A stretch of 64,000 nt of DNA from Leptolyngbyaceae cyanobacterium (GCA_965263355.1 CBDHHL010000032.1:3840001-3904000), one strand, 5' to 3'; positions 18,835-30,417 are shown, numbered from the stretch's first letter. Numbers and translations: made by a program. The notes: a model not told the origin generated them from the sequence alone.

Positions 18835-20292
18835 TTAGGTTACGTCAAATGGAGGTAAGCTGACGATATAGCGATAGCCACTGTTCTGAGAACCTTGAAT
18901 AGCAATTTCACCACTATGGATATCTGTAAAATGTTGACTGAGCAATAAGCCGAGTTCTTGCCATATGTCGTTGGCTACGATGCCATTCGATGATTCATTA
19001 CTTTGTATTAAAGGTGTGATTTCTTCGATAATTTCAAATCCATAGGAGGATTCTTGTTCTGATGACAATGATAGAAGTTTATTCTGTTTTGCCCAGTTAA
19101 TCAATTTCTGAGGTAAGTTTTCGCCGAGCCATGGATTTGAGACCCATGTAGCTAAGTTGAGGCGATCTTCTTTGCGTGAAATATGAAGTCTTATAGTACT
19201 ACCACTTGTAGATGCTTTGGTAATACTAAGAATAAGGTGGTAAAGGAGTTGTTTGATAATGCGTTTGTCGAGGACCCAGATGCGTGACCCTGGTTCTACC
19301 GTTAGATTAAAGTTTAAATCTTCTTTGTTAGATCTTTCTTCTATGGGCTGCAAGCTCTGTTGAGCGAGCATTTCAATGTCTACGGGTGCAAGCGACAGTT
19401 CAGAGGATTGGTTGTCAAGTGCCCCCAATTCCATAATCTCATTGGTCAGGGACAGCAGGTTCTGACTACTTTGTAAAACAATTGTTGCGTATTCCTGTTG
19501 TTTCTTGGTTAATGGTCCATAAATCTCACGGCTTAGCATGCTGGCCATGCCAGTGATTGCGGTTAATGGATTGCGCAAATTTTGGGTGAGTTGAGAGATT
19601 AAACTTGTACGTAAGGTGTCGATTCGATCTTGGCGTTTCTTTTCTGGTGTACCCAGGTGATTGTTCTCTGAGGTGCCCTGTTGAATAGTGCCATCTTTTA
19701 ACCAACACTGTTTTTCATATTCACTCATTGCCCATCTGGCATTGAGTTCTAGCAGAGCCAGGTCTTGAGATGTATACTGCCGTGGCATGATGTCCATAAT
19801 TTCTAGGGTACCAATGCAGCATCTGTCAGAAGTCAGCAGTGGGACACCCAAATAAGCTTGAACACCATATTTTTGCACTAAGACACTTTGGCTAAATGCG
19901 GGATGCTGGGTTATGTCTGATAGCATTAGCGATTGACCGCTATCAATCACTTGAATGCCAAATGATTCGGCTTTAGGCAGTTCACGAGTGGCGGCGAGCT
20001 GATTCATTAGCCCCAAGCTAGATAATCCCATGGTGGCCTTAAAAATCTGGCTCTGGCTGTTAAATACGCTGACTAGACAAATAGGTGCTGCCAATAGCCG
20101 AGAAACGCTTTGAGTCGCTTCTTCAAAAATGGGAATGGGTTTAGAACCATTGAGTCTAAGTTGTTCAAGCGCACTCAATCGCATCTGCTCTCGTGCCATG
20201 GGCGACGTTCCATCCAGTGAACATGCAGGACGAGGACCCATGGATGTATTGGGTTGCTTATTTGTTCCAGCTGGGGTAGCGCCGTAGTGCAT
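18835..20292 (-). CDS. GAF-domain histidine-kinase-like protein with degenerate H-box and ATP-binding boxes
   Basis: GAF (YLGVPL..IGTL); TQNLRNPL in place of SHELRTPL. Confidence 0.8.
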   Translation of the reverse strand: MHYGATPAGTNKQPNTSMGPRPACSLDGTSPMAREQMRLSALEQLRLNGSKPIPIFEEATQSVSRLLAAPICLVSVFNSQSQIFKATMGLSSLGLMNQLAATRELPKAESFGIQVIDSGQSLMLSDITQHPAFSQSVLVQKYGVQAYLGVPLLTSDRCCIGTLEIMDIMPRQYTSQDLALLELNARWAMSEYEKQCWLKDGTIQQGTSENNHLGTPEKKRQDRIDTLRTSLISQLTQNLRNPLTAITGMASMLSREIYGPLTKKQQEYATIVLQSSQNLLSLTNEIMELGALDNQSSELSLAPVDIEMLAQQSLQPIEERSNKEDLNFNLTVEPGSRIWVLDKRIIKQLLYHLILSITKASTSGSTIRLHISRKEDRLNLATWVSNPWLGENLPQKLINWAKQNKLLSLSSEQESSYGFEIIEEITPLIQSNESSNGIVANDIWQELGLLLSQHFTDIHSGEIAIQGSQNSGYRYIVSLPPFDVT

Positions 20293-20624
20293 TGCGATAC
20301 TACTAAGAAGAAGAAATGATCTTATGATTTCATCGTTCCCTGAAGATTGTGTTACTGAACGTCAAACCTCAATAAAACAAGTAATTTGAATATACTTCCC
20401 TGTTTTTTCGATAACTCTTTAAATAGTCAAAAAATAGGTCAAAACTGTGGGCTTACAATACAAAAATCTGATTGACAGCTGCTGCTATTCCAGTGGATAG
20501 GGGCATTACCCATCATGCAAGGCAACGGGTAGTGTAGGGCTGTGAAACGATGGAGCAATATTGATGCATTGGGTTAGAGTGGTATAGCTTGTTCGGAGCT
20601 TAACTATTTGTTGGGACGTTTACT

Positions 20625-22631
20625 ATGCAGCCTGCCTTAGCCGTCGGTAGTCTTTTGCAAAATCGATATCGTATTGTTCGGTTGCTCGGTCAAGGTGGGT
20701 TTGGCCGTACTTATCTAACTAAAGACCAAGGGCGCTTTGAGGAAGAGTGCGTGATTAAGGAATTTATGCCGCCCGCAGGTTGCGATCGCTTTTCTAGTAA
20801 GGCAGCTCAGTTATTTCAGCGAGAAGCCGAAATTCTATACCAGATTAGTCATCCTCAAATTCCTCAATTCCGGGCTACTTTCGAGCAAGATCAGCGCTTA
20901 TTTTTGGTTCAGGAGCATATTGAAGGTCTGACCTATCGAGACATTTTGCAACAGCGACCAGGGCAAGCATTCTCAGAAACGGAGATACGCGCTTTTTTGG
21001 GGCAATTACTACCCGTTTTGGCTCATATTCATGCGAAGGGTATTATTCATCGCGACATTAGTCCTGACAATATTATCTTGCGACGTAGTGACCAAAAGCC
21101 TGTACTGATAGATTTTGGTGTTGTTAAAGAGGTCGTTACTCGGCTACAAACGGGGACGACTGGGGTACAAGCCACAACAGTGGGTAAAGCGGGGTATGCC
21201 CCTAGTGAGCAGCTACAGTCTGGGCGGGCTTATCCCTGTAGTGACCTGTATGCCCTGGCAGTTACGGTTTTGGTTTTGATGACGGGCAAAGAACCCCAAG
21301 CGCTTTTTGATGACACTACCCTGGGTTGGAATTGGCGACCGTTTGTTCAGGTGAGCGATCGGTTAGCTATGGTGCTGGATAAGGCGTTGAGCTATCGGCC
21401 TGGCGATCGCTATCAATCAGTTAGTGAGATGGTACGCGCGTTACAGGATGGTGTGGCTGCACCCAAACCTGCGCCATCAAATCCTCCGGTTCGAGGACCA
21501 CAAACACAAATGTCTGAAATGCGTACAGTGGCGGTGAGTAGACCGGTGGCGACTGCGGGAGCTACTAGTCAGGTGAGCCAGACGGCCTCATCTGTGTCTA
21601 GAACCCGAGTAGTTACTTCCTCAAAACCTAAGGGGACATTGGATAACCCATTGGTACTGGCAGCATTATTTTTGGGTGCAACCCTGTTAGCGGGGTTCGG
21701 GGGATGGGCGGTTGTGAACTATTTATTCAAACCATCTCCCCCTGAGCTACCTGGTAACCAAGTACAACCGCTGCCGTTTCCAGAAGATTTGGTGGATCCA
21801 CCCAACCAGACTGCGCCTCAATCGCCTAAACCCTTGGACCCACCTGAGGATGTTCTCGCTGACTATACAACAACCCTGGCGCTAAAAGAGGGGGATCCGC
21901 AAACTGTAGAAGGCGATATTAAACAGGGGGAGACGGTTAATTATCAAGTGGATGGTAAGGCTGGACAAACGCTCCAGGCCACGATAGAGGGCAAAGGCGT
22001 TGTATTTTCAGTATTGAATGCTGATGGTAAGGTGTTGCGCGGTGGTCGTCAGGTGTTGGATTGGGAGGGCGATTTACCTGAGGATGGGCTTTATACGGTG
22101 CAGATTCAGACGACCCGTGGTACTGATCAGGGTACTTATGAATTGGGTGTGGCTCTGGTGGGGCCGGTTACTGATGATACCGTTATTGATGATGGCAGCG
22201 ATGTTGATGAGGGGGCTGATGGCGGGGATAGTACGGATGAGGGTGCTAGCGACCCACCGTCTACTGAAGAGGGAACTGGCAGTGATGAACCAGAGCTTCA
22301 GGAGCAAGTCTCTACGCAGCGAGTACAGTTCCCTGAAGGGAAAACCGGTATATTATTAGCGAACTCGGTGGGACCAGGTCGAGTACAGCGTTATGTGGTG
22401 AATGCTCAACAGGGACAGATTATTACGGTAAAAATTACCCAGGCTAGCGGTCCTGTAACGTTTGATGTGTCTTTCCCTGGTGGCGAGCCGATTGCCAATG
22501 CTAAAGGAGTGCTCTACTGGAATAGCTATCTACCGCTGGGTGGAGATTACGCGGTAGATGTGCGGGCTGCCAGTGCGGCAGAATTTACGCTGGATGTTCA
22601 GGTTGTTGGTCAAGGAGCTGAGAGTCCGTAG
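20625..22631 (+). CDS. Hanks-type Ser/Thr protein kinase with TM helix and extracytoplasmic PPC-like beta domains
   Basis: LGQGGFG, VIKE, HRDISPDN, DFG, GYAPSEQ; TM at LVLAALFLG..; two repeated beta domains. Confidence 0.92.
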   Translation: MQPALAVGSLLQNRYRIVRLLGQGGFGRTYLTKDQGRFEEECVIKEFMPPAGCDRFSSKAAQLFQREAEILYQISHPQIPQFRATFEQDQRLFLVQEHIEGLTYRDILQQRPGQAFSETEIRAFLGQLLPVLAHIHAKGIIHRDISPDNIILRRSDQKPVLIDFGVVKEVVTRLQTGTTGVQATTVGKAGYAPSEQLQSGRAYPCSDLYALAVTVLVLMTGKEPQALFDDTTLGWNWRPFVQVSDRLAMVLDKALSYRPGDRYQSVSEMVRALQDGVAAPKPAPSNPPVRGPQTQMSEMRTVAVSRPVATAGATSQVSQTASSVSRTRVVTSSKPKGTLDNPLVLAALFLGATLLAGFGGWAVVNYLFKPSPPELPGNQVQPLPFPEDLVDPPNQTAPQSPKPLDPPEDVLADYTTTLALKEGDPQTVEGDIKQGETVNYQVDGKAGQTLQATIEGKGVVFSVLNADGKVLRGGRQVLDWEGDLPEDGLYTVQIQTTRGTDQGTYELGVALVGPVTDDTVIDDGSDVDEGADGGDSTDEGASDPPSTEEGTGSDEPELQEQVSTQRVQFPEGKTGILLANSVGPGRVQRYVVNAQQGQIITVKITQASGPVTFDVSFPGGEPIANAKGVLYWNSYLPLGGDYAVDVRAASAAEFTLDVQVVGQGAESP

Positions 22632-22639
22632 GGAGAACG

Positions 22640-23386
22640 ATGGGTAATGGAATGGGCAATGGATTATTAATTGCGGCAACAGACACCGAGTGCGGGAAGA
22701 CGGTTGTGACCTGTGCGTTGATGGCCTATTGGCGAAAGTATTGTGCGTCCTGGCAGTTGGGGGTGCTTAAGCCAGTACAGGCAGGTGTAGGTGATCGCGA
22801 GTTGTTTCAACGTTTGTTTGATTTGGATCAGTCCCTGGATGTGATCAATCCGGTGTTTTATCAGGCTCCGTTGGCACCACCGATTGCGGCAGCTTTAGAA
22901 AATACGAGGGTGGATCTGGCTCCTGCCTGGCGACGGTATAAAGAATTGGGGCAGCAGTGTGACTGGGTATTGGTGGAAGGGTTAGGGGGACTAGGGTCGC
23001 CTGTGACTGATGAAATAACGGTGGCGGATCTGGCGGCAGATTGGCGGTTGCCAGTGGTGCTGGTGGTGCCGGTGAAGCTGGGAGCGATCGCAGCCGCTGT
23101 CGCTAATGTAGCTTTAGCTCGTCAGCACCGACTAAAGCTACGAGGCATTGTTCTCAACTGCATTACGCCTGAAGCTAAAGAAAAACTAGACCAACTCACT
23201 CCACCGGATATGATCAGTAATCTCACCCGTATTCCAGTGCTGGGAGTATTGCCTTACTTTAGGGATCCAACAAATTTAGATCAGCTCAGTGCAGCAGCTC
23301 GAGAGTTGAGCCTAGAAACCATTATGCCTACCCAATTTTGGGTGGGTGGGGTGAGTAATGGTGAAAAGGTAAGTAGTGAGCAATAA
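22640..23386 (+). CDS. bioD: Dethiobiotin synthase
   Basis: TDTECGKT P-loop, KPVQ, EGLGG motifs. Confidence 0.92.
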   Translation: MGNGMGNGLLIAATDTECGKTVVTCALMAYWRKYCASWQLGVLKPVQAGVGDRELFQRLFDLDQSLDVINPVFYQAPLAPPIAAALENTRVDLAPAWRRYKELGQQCDWVLVEGLGGLGSPVTDEITVADLAADWRLPVVLVVPVKLGAIAAAVANVALARQHRLKLRGIVLNCITPEAKEKLDQLTPPDMISNLTRIPVLGVLPYFRDPTNLDQLSAAARELSLETIMPTQFWVGGVSNGEKVSSEQ

Positions 23387-23502
23387 AGTTAAGCGCTGCC
23401 CACCAATCAAGTCAATGTTCAATTGGCGGTCGGGAGAATGTAGGTTTTACCGGAATCAGGTTTATATACTGTAGATGGTAATTTGCATCTGCTGAGGGTC
23501 CC

Positions 23503-24726
23503 ATGGTTTCAACGCTGTCTGCCAATATGCGAATTTCCACAAAGCCACCACAGGTGCGAGTCAACATTCAAAAACTGCAGGGGCAACTGGTGGAGTGGCG
23601 GCGTCATTTACATCAACGGCCAGAACTGGGGTTTGAAGAGACCATAACGGCTGATTTTATTGCCCAGCAGCTGACTCAGTGGGGGATTGATCACCAGACA
23701 GGTATTGCTAAAACTGGGGTTGTTGCGACTATTCAAGGCCATTGCCCTGGCCCAGTGCTGGCTATTCGGGCTGATATGGATGCCTTACCCATCCAAGAAC
23801 TGAACCAGGTCCCTTATCGCTCACTGCACGATGGTAAGATGCATGCCTGTGGCCACGATGGTCATGTGACTATTGCCCTGGGTACAGCCTATTATTTAGC
23901 CCAGAATCGTGATCTCTTTGCTGGGACGGTCAAAATAATTTTTCAACCTGCTGAGGAAGGGCCGGGTGGTGCAAAGCCCATGATTGAGGCTGGAGTGCTG
24001 AGCCAGCCTGAGGTGGATGCCATTATTGGTTTGCATATTTGGAATAATTTGCCCCTGGGTACAGTTGGAGTTCGCAGTGGGCCTCTGATGGCGGCTACCG
24101 AATATTTTCATTGCACTATTCAGGGGCGTGGGGGGCATGGTGCTTTACCCCATCAGACGGTTGACTCTGTTGTTGTTGGGGCGCAGATCGTGACTGCCCT
24201 GCAAACCATTGTGGCGCGTAATATTAGCCCTATTGACTCTGCTGTTGTCACTATCGGAGAGTTTCAAGCTGGAACAGCGGTCAATGTGATTGCTGATAGT
24301 GCCCGTCTCAGTGGTACTGTGCGCTATTTTAGCCCAGGGTATCGAGATTTGTTACCAAAGCGCATAGAAGCCATTATTGCAGGTGTGTGTCAGGCCCATG
24401 GAGCAACGTATCAGTTTGACTACCATCGTTTATATCCACCTGTTATTAACGATGTCACCATGGCTGAGTTGGTTAGATCTGTTGCCAGTGACGTGATTGA
24501 AACTCCAGCTGGTGTGGTGCCTGAGTGTCAAACCATGGGGGGGGAAGATATGTCATTCTTTTTGCAAGAGAAACCGGGTTGTTATTTCTTTTTAGGGTCG
24601 GCGAATCCTGATTTGAATCTGGCATATCCCCATCATCATCCTCGATTTGACTTTGATGAAACAGTTTTGGGCAGTGGTGTAGAGATATTTGTGCGATGTG
24701 TTGAGCGATTTTGCCAAGAACAATAG
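23503..24726 (+). CDS. M20 family amidohydrolase (N-acyl-L-amino acid amidohydrolase-like)
   Basis: RRHLHQRPELG, RADMDALP, MHACGHDGH, FQPAEEG, GEDM. Confidence 0.92.
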   Translation: MVSTLSANMRISTKPPQVRVNIQKLQGQLVEWRRHLHQRPELGFEETITADFIAQQLTQWGIDHQTGIAKTGVVATIQGHCPGPVLAIRADMDALPIQELNQVPYRSLHDGKMHACGHDGHVTIALGTAYYLAQNRDLFAGTVKIIFQPAEEGPGGAKPMIEAGVLSQPEVDAIIGLHIWNNLPLGTVGVRSGPLMAATEYFHCTIQGRGGHGALPHQTVDSVVVGAQIVTALQTIVARNISPIDSAVVTIGEFQAGTAVNVIADSARLSGTVRYFSPGYRDLLPKRIEAIIAGVCQAHGATYQFDYHRLYPPVINDVTMAELVRSVASDVIETPAGVVPECQTMGGEDMSFFLQEKPGCYFFLGSANPDLNLAYPHHHPRFDFDETVLGSGVEIFVRCVERFCQEQ

Positions 24727-24733
24727 ATAAGTG

Positions 24734-24758
24734 AGGGCATTGCATGCAATGCCACTAC
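24734..24758. repeat. REP-like palindrome, same family as 806-831
   Basis: GGCATTGCATGCAATGCC core followed by ACTAC. Confidence 0.65.
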
Positions 24759-24775
24759 GGGAGAAAATATAATCT

Positions 24776-25654
24776 ATGGCAACAATCAATATGGTCCAAC
24801 CAGGGCAAATAACAAAAGAGAGTCGTCATTGGCACGGTACCCTTGATTTACGGTTTGCCAATGTCAATGGTAAGACCTCTCCCTCGAAGAGTTACAGCAC
24901 TTCTCCTTTACGTGTTCAGCGTCCGTTTTACCCAGCTGCTGCCCCTGAAAATTGTCAGAGTGTGATTGTTCACACAGCGGGGGGAATGGTGGGTGGCGAT
25001 CAGTTGGATATAACAATTTCGGCAGAACCTGATACCCAAGTGTTAGTAACGACTGCGGCGGCCCACAAGGTTTATCGGAGTCAGGGTGATTGGGCAAAGC
25101 AGGTGATTCATCTTAAAGTTGGCGCTGGGGCCTATGTAGATTGGCTGCCTCAGGAGCTAATTTTATTTGATGGAGGGCAATTTCAGCAGTCTCTGAGGGT
25201 GGATTTGGAGCCTGGTGCAGTGTGGATTGGGTGGGACGTGACGCGGTTTGGTCGGAGTGCTCGGGGTGAGACGTTGCGGGATGGGGAGTGGCGATCGCAA
25301 ACTGAAATCTGGCATCAGGGAACACCTTTGTGGATTGATCGACAGCGATTAATCGGTGGTTCTGAAGTCCTGAATAGCCATAACGGTTTAGCTGGTTACC
25401 CAGTGGTGGGTACATTTTTGCTACTGGGCAAACCGATTTCTCCAGACCATCTTAGTCGTATCAGAACTTTGCTTGATTCAAAAGTCCCAAAGGGTTGTGA
25501 AATCGGGGTTTCCCAATTAGAGCAGGGCCTAGTTGCTCGTTATCGTGGTCCCTCCAGCCAAACTGCTCGTCAATGCTTCATCAGTATTTGGCAGTATTTG
25601 CGCACAGAGGTACTAGGCCAGACGGGCTATATACCCAGAGTTTGGGGAGTTTAA
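24776..25654 (+). CDS. ureD: Urease accessory protein UreD
   Basis: PLRVQRPFY, HTAGGMVGGD, TTAAAHKVYRS, WLPQE, PRVW; next to ureA. Confidence 0.95.
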   Translation: MATINMVQPGQITKESRHWHGTLDLRFANVNGKTSPSKSYSTSPLRVQRPFYPAAAPENCQSVIVHTAGGMVGGDQLDITISAEPDTQVLVTTAAAHKVYRSQGDWAKQVIHLKVGAGAYVDWLPQELILFDGGQFQQSLRVDLEPGAVWIGWDVTRFGRSARGETLRDGEWRSQTEIWHQGTPLWIDRQRLIGGSEVLNSHNGLAGYPVVGTFLLLGKPISPDHLSRIRTLLDSKVPKGCEIGVSQLEQGLVARYRGPSSQTARQCFISIWQYLRTEVLGQTGYIPRVWGV

Positions 25655-25804
25655 CCTACTCTTCCATGGCCAGATGAGTCTTGTTTGCTCATTTTGCCTG
25701 ACCATTATTTTGTCTGACCTTTATTTAGATAACGTTTAGCCTGCAGTTGACTACGACTGATCCTGGTTTAATATCTCTGTTGTGGTCAGTCCCTTGTGCG
25801 TCCT

Positions 25805-26107
25805 ATGCAACTCACTCCCCAGGAAAAAGATAAGCTGCTGATTTTTACGGCTGCGCTAGTGGCCGAACGTCGTAAGGACCGAGGGTTAAAGCTTAACCAT
25901 CCAGAAGCTGTGGCCTATATTTCTGCTGCAATTTTGGAAGGTGCACGGGATGGCCGTACGGTGGCGGAGTTAATGGCCTATGGTACGACGTTACTAAGTC
26001 GCGATGATGTCATGGAGGGTATCTCCGAAATGATTCATGAGGTGCAAGTGGAAGCCACCTTCCCAGATGGGACTAAGCTGGTTACCGTGCATAATCCAAT
26101 TCAATAG
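25805..26107 (+). CDS. ureA: Urease gamma subunit
   Basis: [29 protein letters not shown]. Confidence 0.98.
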   Translation: MQLTPQEKDKLLIFTAALVAERRKDRGLKLNHPEAVAYISAAILEGARDGRTVAELMAYGTTLLSRDDVMEGISEMIHEVQVEATFPDGTKLVTVHNPIQ

Positions 26108-26130
26108 AATGTAGGGTCGTTAGATATTTT

Positions 26131-27201
26131 ATGGTTGAGTCCGATAGTTCTGTAAATGGTGGTGGCGGTCTTCAGGATATAGACCTGGATCAGGAAAGTC
26201 GTACCCATGTGCTAGAAGCGATTGTTGAGGCATTAGACCGCTATGCGTTTCCAGCGGTGGCGGCTCAAGCTCAGGCAGATATTCGACAGCGGCTGGGTCA
26301 GGGGGGGTATAGCGATATTGTGAGTGGGCATCAGTTTGCAGAAACCCTGACCAATCAATTGCAAACTCTAATGTGCGATCGCAGTGTGCAGGTATATTTT
26401 AGTGCTGCACCGTTACCGGAGTTGAGTGCTGATACACCACCGACAGCTGCAGAACTGGCTTATCAAAAACAGCAGAGTCAACGACGTAACTTTGATATCA
26501 ACCAGGTAGAACGCTTGTCAGGAAATTTAGGGTTTTTGCAACTTTATGGGTTTGAGCCACCGGAGTTTTCAGGGGAAACCCTAGCGGCGGCGATGACCTT
26601 TGTTACTCATACTGAAGGGTTAATTATTGACCTGCGCTATAACCGGGGTGGTTCACCAGGGATGGTAGCTCTATTGTGTAGCTATTTGCTGCCACCCTAT
26701 CCGGCGATACACCTGAGTGATGTTAACTGGCCTGCGGAACAGCGGACTCAGCAAAGTTGGACATCGGCCTATGTTGGTGGTCCCCGTTACCTGGATCGGC
26801 CTGTGTATATATTAACCGGGCCAGAAACGGCCACAGCAGCAGAAGAATTTGCTTATACATTAAAGCAGCTAAAGCGAGCCACACTTATCGGGGAGACGAC
26901 TGCAGGGAAAGCCAACCCAGGTGCTGGCCAGCGACTACATGACCATTTTTGGATCTTTCTACCGACGGGACAGGTACTGAGTGCGATTACGGGCGAAAAT
27001 TGGGAAAATAGTGGGATATTGCCAGACTTTAAGGTACCTGTGGAATTGGCTGTCAAGGTGGCTCACTACATGGGGTTAACCGATTTAAGTAAAAAGTCTG
27101 AATTGCTAGGTCAGGAGTTGGAAGCCGCGTTAGAAACGGTTAAAAAACAGCTGGATCAAATGCAGCAAGATCTAATCAGTCAACTTGGAGGACTGCGTTA
27201 A
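26131..27201 (+). CDS. S41 family peptidase-like protein (IRBP-type)
   Basis: [25 protein letters not shown] motifs. Confidence 0.85.
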   Translation: MVESDSSVNGGGGLQDIDLDQESRTHVLEAIVEALDRYAFPAVAAQAQADIRQRLGQGGYSDIVSGHQFAETLTNQLQTLMCDRSVQVYFSAAPLPELSADTPPTAAELAYQKQQSQRRNFDINQVERLSGNLGFLQLYGFEPPEFSGETLAAAMTFVTHTEGLIIDLRYNRGGSPGMVALLCSYLLPPYPAIHLSDVNWPAEQRTQQSWTSAYVGGPRYLDRPVYILTGPETATAAEEFAYTLKQLKRATLIGETTAGKANPGAGQRLHDHFWIFLPTGQVLSAITGENWENSGILPDFKVPVELAVKVAHYMGLTDLSKKSELLGQELEAALETVKKQLDQMQQDLISQLGGLR

Positions 27202-27524
27202 TGTCTAATAACTCAGCGATTATCCCTGGGGAGCTATTGTCCGCAGAAGGCGAGATTGAACTGAATGCCGGTCGACCTACGGTTACGCTAACGGTAGCAA
27301 ACAGTGGTGATCGACCGATTCAAGTCGGGTCTCATTTTCACTTTTACGAAGTCAATGATGCTCTGCAATTTGATCGAGACCAGACTAAGGGGATGCGTCT
27401 GGATATACCGGCTGGGACAGCGGTAAGATTTGAGCCGGGGGATGAGCGCTCTGTCACGTTAGTTGCGTTGGCGGGCGAACGCCAAGTCTATGGGTTTAAC
27501 CAACGGGTAGAGGGTAAAATCTAA
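27201..27524 (+). CDS. ureB: Urease beta subunit
   Basis: [32 protein letters not shown]. Confidence 0.98.
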   Translation: MSNNSAIIPGELLSAEGEIELNAGRPTVTLTVANSGDRPIQVGSHFHFYEVNDALQFDRDQTKGMRLDIPAGTAVRFEPGDERSVTLVALAGERQVYGFNQRVEGKI

Positions 27525-27799
27525 GACGCTGTACAAAAAATGCCTTTCTAAAGCAGTAGCAGGACGCCTAAAAAATCAGCACTTTGGTTGGTGACAACGC
27601 AACAAAAGATTGAGTATGTCTGATATAGGAATAGATTGCTTGAATCAGGAAAGTGTCTCCTGGATAGAGCTTGCGCCTTGTCCATGTCCAGAACTGCAAT
27701 TTTTCCGAGACGTGGTTGAGTTACCGATGTTTTCTACTTCTGGCGACCACTAGCCCGTTTTAACTGGACGACTAACGTGTACATGTGTTCTGAGAATAA

Positions 27800-28597
27800 T
27801 TGACTTTGACTATGTTACGACTACACCATTTTGCTGCGATCGCTTGCCTACAAGGAGTTTTGTTGTTGGGTGATGTACCAGCCTGGGGACAATCCTCTGA
27901 TAGCGCTGTAGGGCTGCCGGAGGCGATTAGTCCCAATATGGAAGGGATTGTGGATCTTGCCGATACGGATTTATCGCTAGGTGTAGGCTATCTATCGCCA
28001 CGACGTCGAGCCGGAGTAGAGGCAAGCTGGCTGTCTAGTGTGGAGCTACCTTTGTATAGTCAACCGGGGGGCGAGCATTGGGGCTGGATTTGGCAGGGTT
28101 GGCTGATTCCCAATGGTCAGCAGGCGTTTGCCATTGGTCGAGATGCTAGGTTTACGATGGTGAGTGTCGATCCGCTATTACTGGCGTTTCCTATATTAGA
28201 AGCGCGTGAGGATGGCTGGTTGCAAATGCAGTACACCGATGGCGGCAGTGCCTGGATTCATCAGGAACAGCTAGATGATCGTGGCATAGAGCTAGAATTT
28301 TATGCCTGGGAAGAGCGTTTGGCTGAGGCGAATGTTGTGGACTTACGAAATAGTAATAATACTCAAGTATTGCGATCTCAACCTGAGCGAGGCCGCAATG
28401 TTCTTAGCTTAGTAAGCCCCAGTAGCCTGATCGAACCCCTAGAAGTTAAAGACGACTGGATTCGTGTTCGGGTGACCCGTCCAGCCAATGGCTGTGAACC
28501 CCTGGCGGGGGCCAGTGAGCAGGAAGGCTGGCTACAGTGGAAAGACAGCGATGGCGACGTTTTGATGTTACCTAGTCGGGATGAATGTGCAGGATAG
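27800..28597 (+). CDS. Secreted hypothetical protein (Trp-rich, possible SH3b-like repeats)
   Basis: Signal peptide ending PAWG; two EAREDGWLQ / EVKDDWIRV-type segments. Confidence 0.6.
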   Translation: MTLTMLRLHHFAAIACLQGVLLLGDVPAWGQSSDSAVGLPEAISPNMEGIVDLADTDLSLGVGYLSPRRRAGVEASWLSSVELPLYSQPGGEHWGWIWQGWLIPNGQQAFAIGRDARFTMVSVDPLLLAFPILEAREDGWLQMQYTDGGSAWIHQEQLDDRGIELEFYAWEERLAEANVVDLRNSNNTQVLRSQPERGRNVLSLVSPSSLIEPLEVKDDWIRVRVTRPANGCEPLAGASEQEGWLQWKDSDGDVLMLPSRDECAG

Positions 28598-28707
28598 ATC
28601 TTTCGGGCTAGATCTTTAAAATGTTCGTTATATACTCGTTAGGGTTTCTAAGCTAGCGTAAGCTATCCAGTGGCTTTGCTTTTAACCTCTACGCCCAGGA
28701 GACCCCA

Positions 28708-30417
28708 ATGAGCTACCGCATGGATCGCCGCGCCTATGCTGAAACCTATGGCCCCACTGTGGGAGATCGGGTGCGACTGGCAGATACTGCCTTAGTCATA
28801 GAAGTAGAGCAGGACTTTACCACCTATGGGGATGAGGTCAAATTTGGCGGTGGTAAGGTAATTCGTGACGGCATGGGACAATCCCCCATTTCACGGGCGG
28901 ATGGTGCGGTGGATATGGTGATTACCAACGCCCTGATTCTAGATTGGTGGGGGGTCGTCAAAGCAGATCTTGGCATTAAGGACGGTCGCATTGCCAAGAT
29001 CGGTAAGGCCGGTAACCCATATATTCAGGACAACGTAGACATCATCATTGGCCCTGCCACTGAAGCTGTGGCAGGCGAAGGGATGATTGTCACAGCTGGG
29101 GGAATTGACTCCCACATTCACTTTATTTGTCCACAGCAGATAGAGACAGCCATTGCTAGTGGTGTAACCACCATGATTGGTGGTGGCACTGGGCCAGCAA
29201 CAGGCACAAACGCCACCACCTGTACCCCCGGAGCCTGGAATATCTATCGCATGTTGCAGGCAGCGGATGCATTCCCTATGAATCTGGGTTTTCTCGGTAA
29301 AGGCAACAGTGCTCAGCCTCAGGGCCTAGTAGAGCAGGTACAGGCGGGGGCCATGGGGCTGAAACTGCATGAGGACTGGGGGACTACACCTGGGGCAATT
29401 GATACCTGTTTGGGAGTAGCCGATGACTTTGATGTACAGGTAGCCATCCACACCGACACCCTAAACGAAGCGGGGTTTGTTGAAAACACCATTGCCGCCT
29501 TTAAGAATCGTGTGATTCACACTTATCACACTGAAGGTGCAGGTGGTGGCCATGCACCAGATATTATCAAGGTCTGCGGTGAAGCTAACGTATTGCCTTC
29601 ATCCACCAATCCCACCCGTCCCTACACTCGCAATACCCTGGATGAGCATTTAGACATGCTGATGGTTTGTCATCATCTGAGTCCCAGCATTCCTGAGGAT
29701 GTGGCTTTTGCCGAGTCCCGTATTCGTCGTGAAACCATTGCTGCTGAGGATATCCTCCATGACCTTGGGGCCTTTAGTATGATTGCCTCCGACTCTCAAG
29801 CTATGGGTCGGGTCGGGGAAGTGGTCATCCGCACCTGGCAGACGGCCCACAAAATGAAGGTGCAGCGTGGTGCCCTGACTGAGGATTCTGACCGTAACGA
29901 TAACCATCGTGCAAAACGCTATGTGGCTAAATACACAATTAACCCTGCCATTACCCACGGCATTGCCCATGAGGTGGGATCTTTGGAAGAGGGTAAGCTG
30001 GCAGATATCTGTCTGTGGAAACCCGCATTTTTTGGCGTGAAGCCTGAGATTGTAATCAAGGGGGGAGCGATTGCCTGGGCGCAGATGGGTGACCCCAATG
30101 CCAGTATTCCAACACCGCAGCCCATTCATATGCGACCTATGTTTGGTAGTTATGGTGGAGCTATTGGTAGTACATCGCTTACCTTTGTTTCTAAGGCGGC
30201 AGTTGAGGCCGATATTGCCCACCAGATCGGTCTGCAGACAACTACTGTTGCTGTAAGCGGTTGTCGTAATCTGAGTAAGGCCGATATGAAGCTCAATGAC
30301 TACCAACCCACCATGGAGGTGGATTCTGAAACCTATGAAGTGCGAGCCGATGGACAATTACTCACCTGTGAACCTGCAGAAGAGTTACCCATGGCCCAGA
30401 GATATTTCTTGTTCTAG
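28708..30417 (+). CDS. ureC: Urease alpha subunit
   Basis: [48 protein letters not shown]. Confidence 0.99.
   Translation: MSYRMDRRAYAETYGPTVGDRVRLADTALVIEVEQDFTTYGDEVKFGGGKVIRDGMGQSPISRADGAVDMVITNALILDWWGVVKADLGIKDGRIAKIGKAGNPYIQDNVDIIIGPATEAVAGEGMIVTAGGIDSHIHFICPQQIETAIASGVTTMIGGGTGPATGTNATTCTPGAWNIYRMLQAADAFPMNLGFLGKGNSAQPQGLVEQVQAGAMGLKLHEDWGTTPGAIDTCLGVADDFDVQVAIHTDTLNEAGFVENTIAAFKNRVIHTYHTEGAGGGHAPDIIKVCGEANVLPSSTNPTRPYTRNTLDEHLDMLMVCHHLSPSIPEDVAFAESRIRRETIAAEDILHDLGAFSMIASDSQAMGRVGEVVIRTWQTAHKMKVQRGALTEDSDRNDNHRAKRYVAKYTINPAITHGIAHEVGSLEEGKLADICLWKPAFFGVKPEIVIKGGAIAWAQMGDPNASIPTPQPIHMRPMFGSYGGAIGSTSLTFVSKAAVEADIAHQIGLQTTTVAVSGCRNLSKADMKLNDYQPTMEVDSETYEVRADGQLLTCEPAEELPMAQRYFLF

Noticed and set aside
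29650..30357. 235-aa antisense ORF
   Set aside because: Shadow of ureC on the opposite strand; the same applies to other short ORFs nested in confident genes
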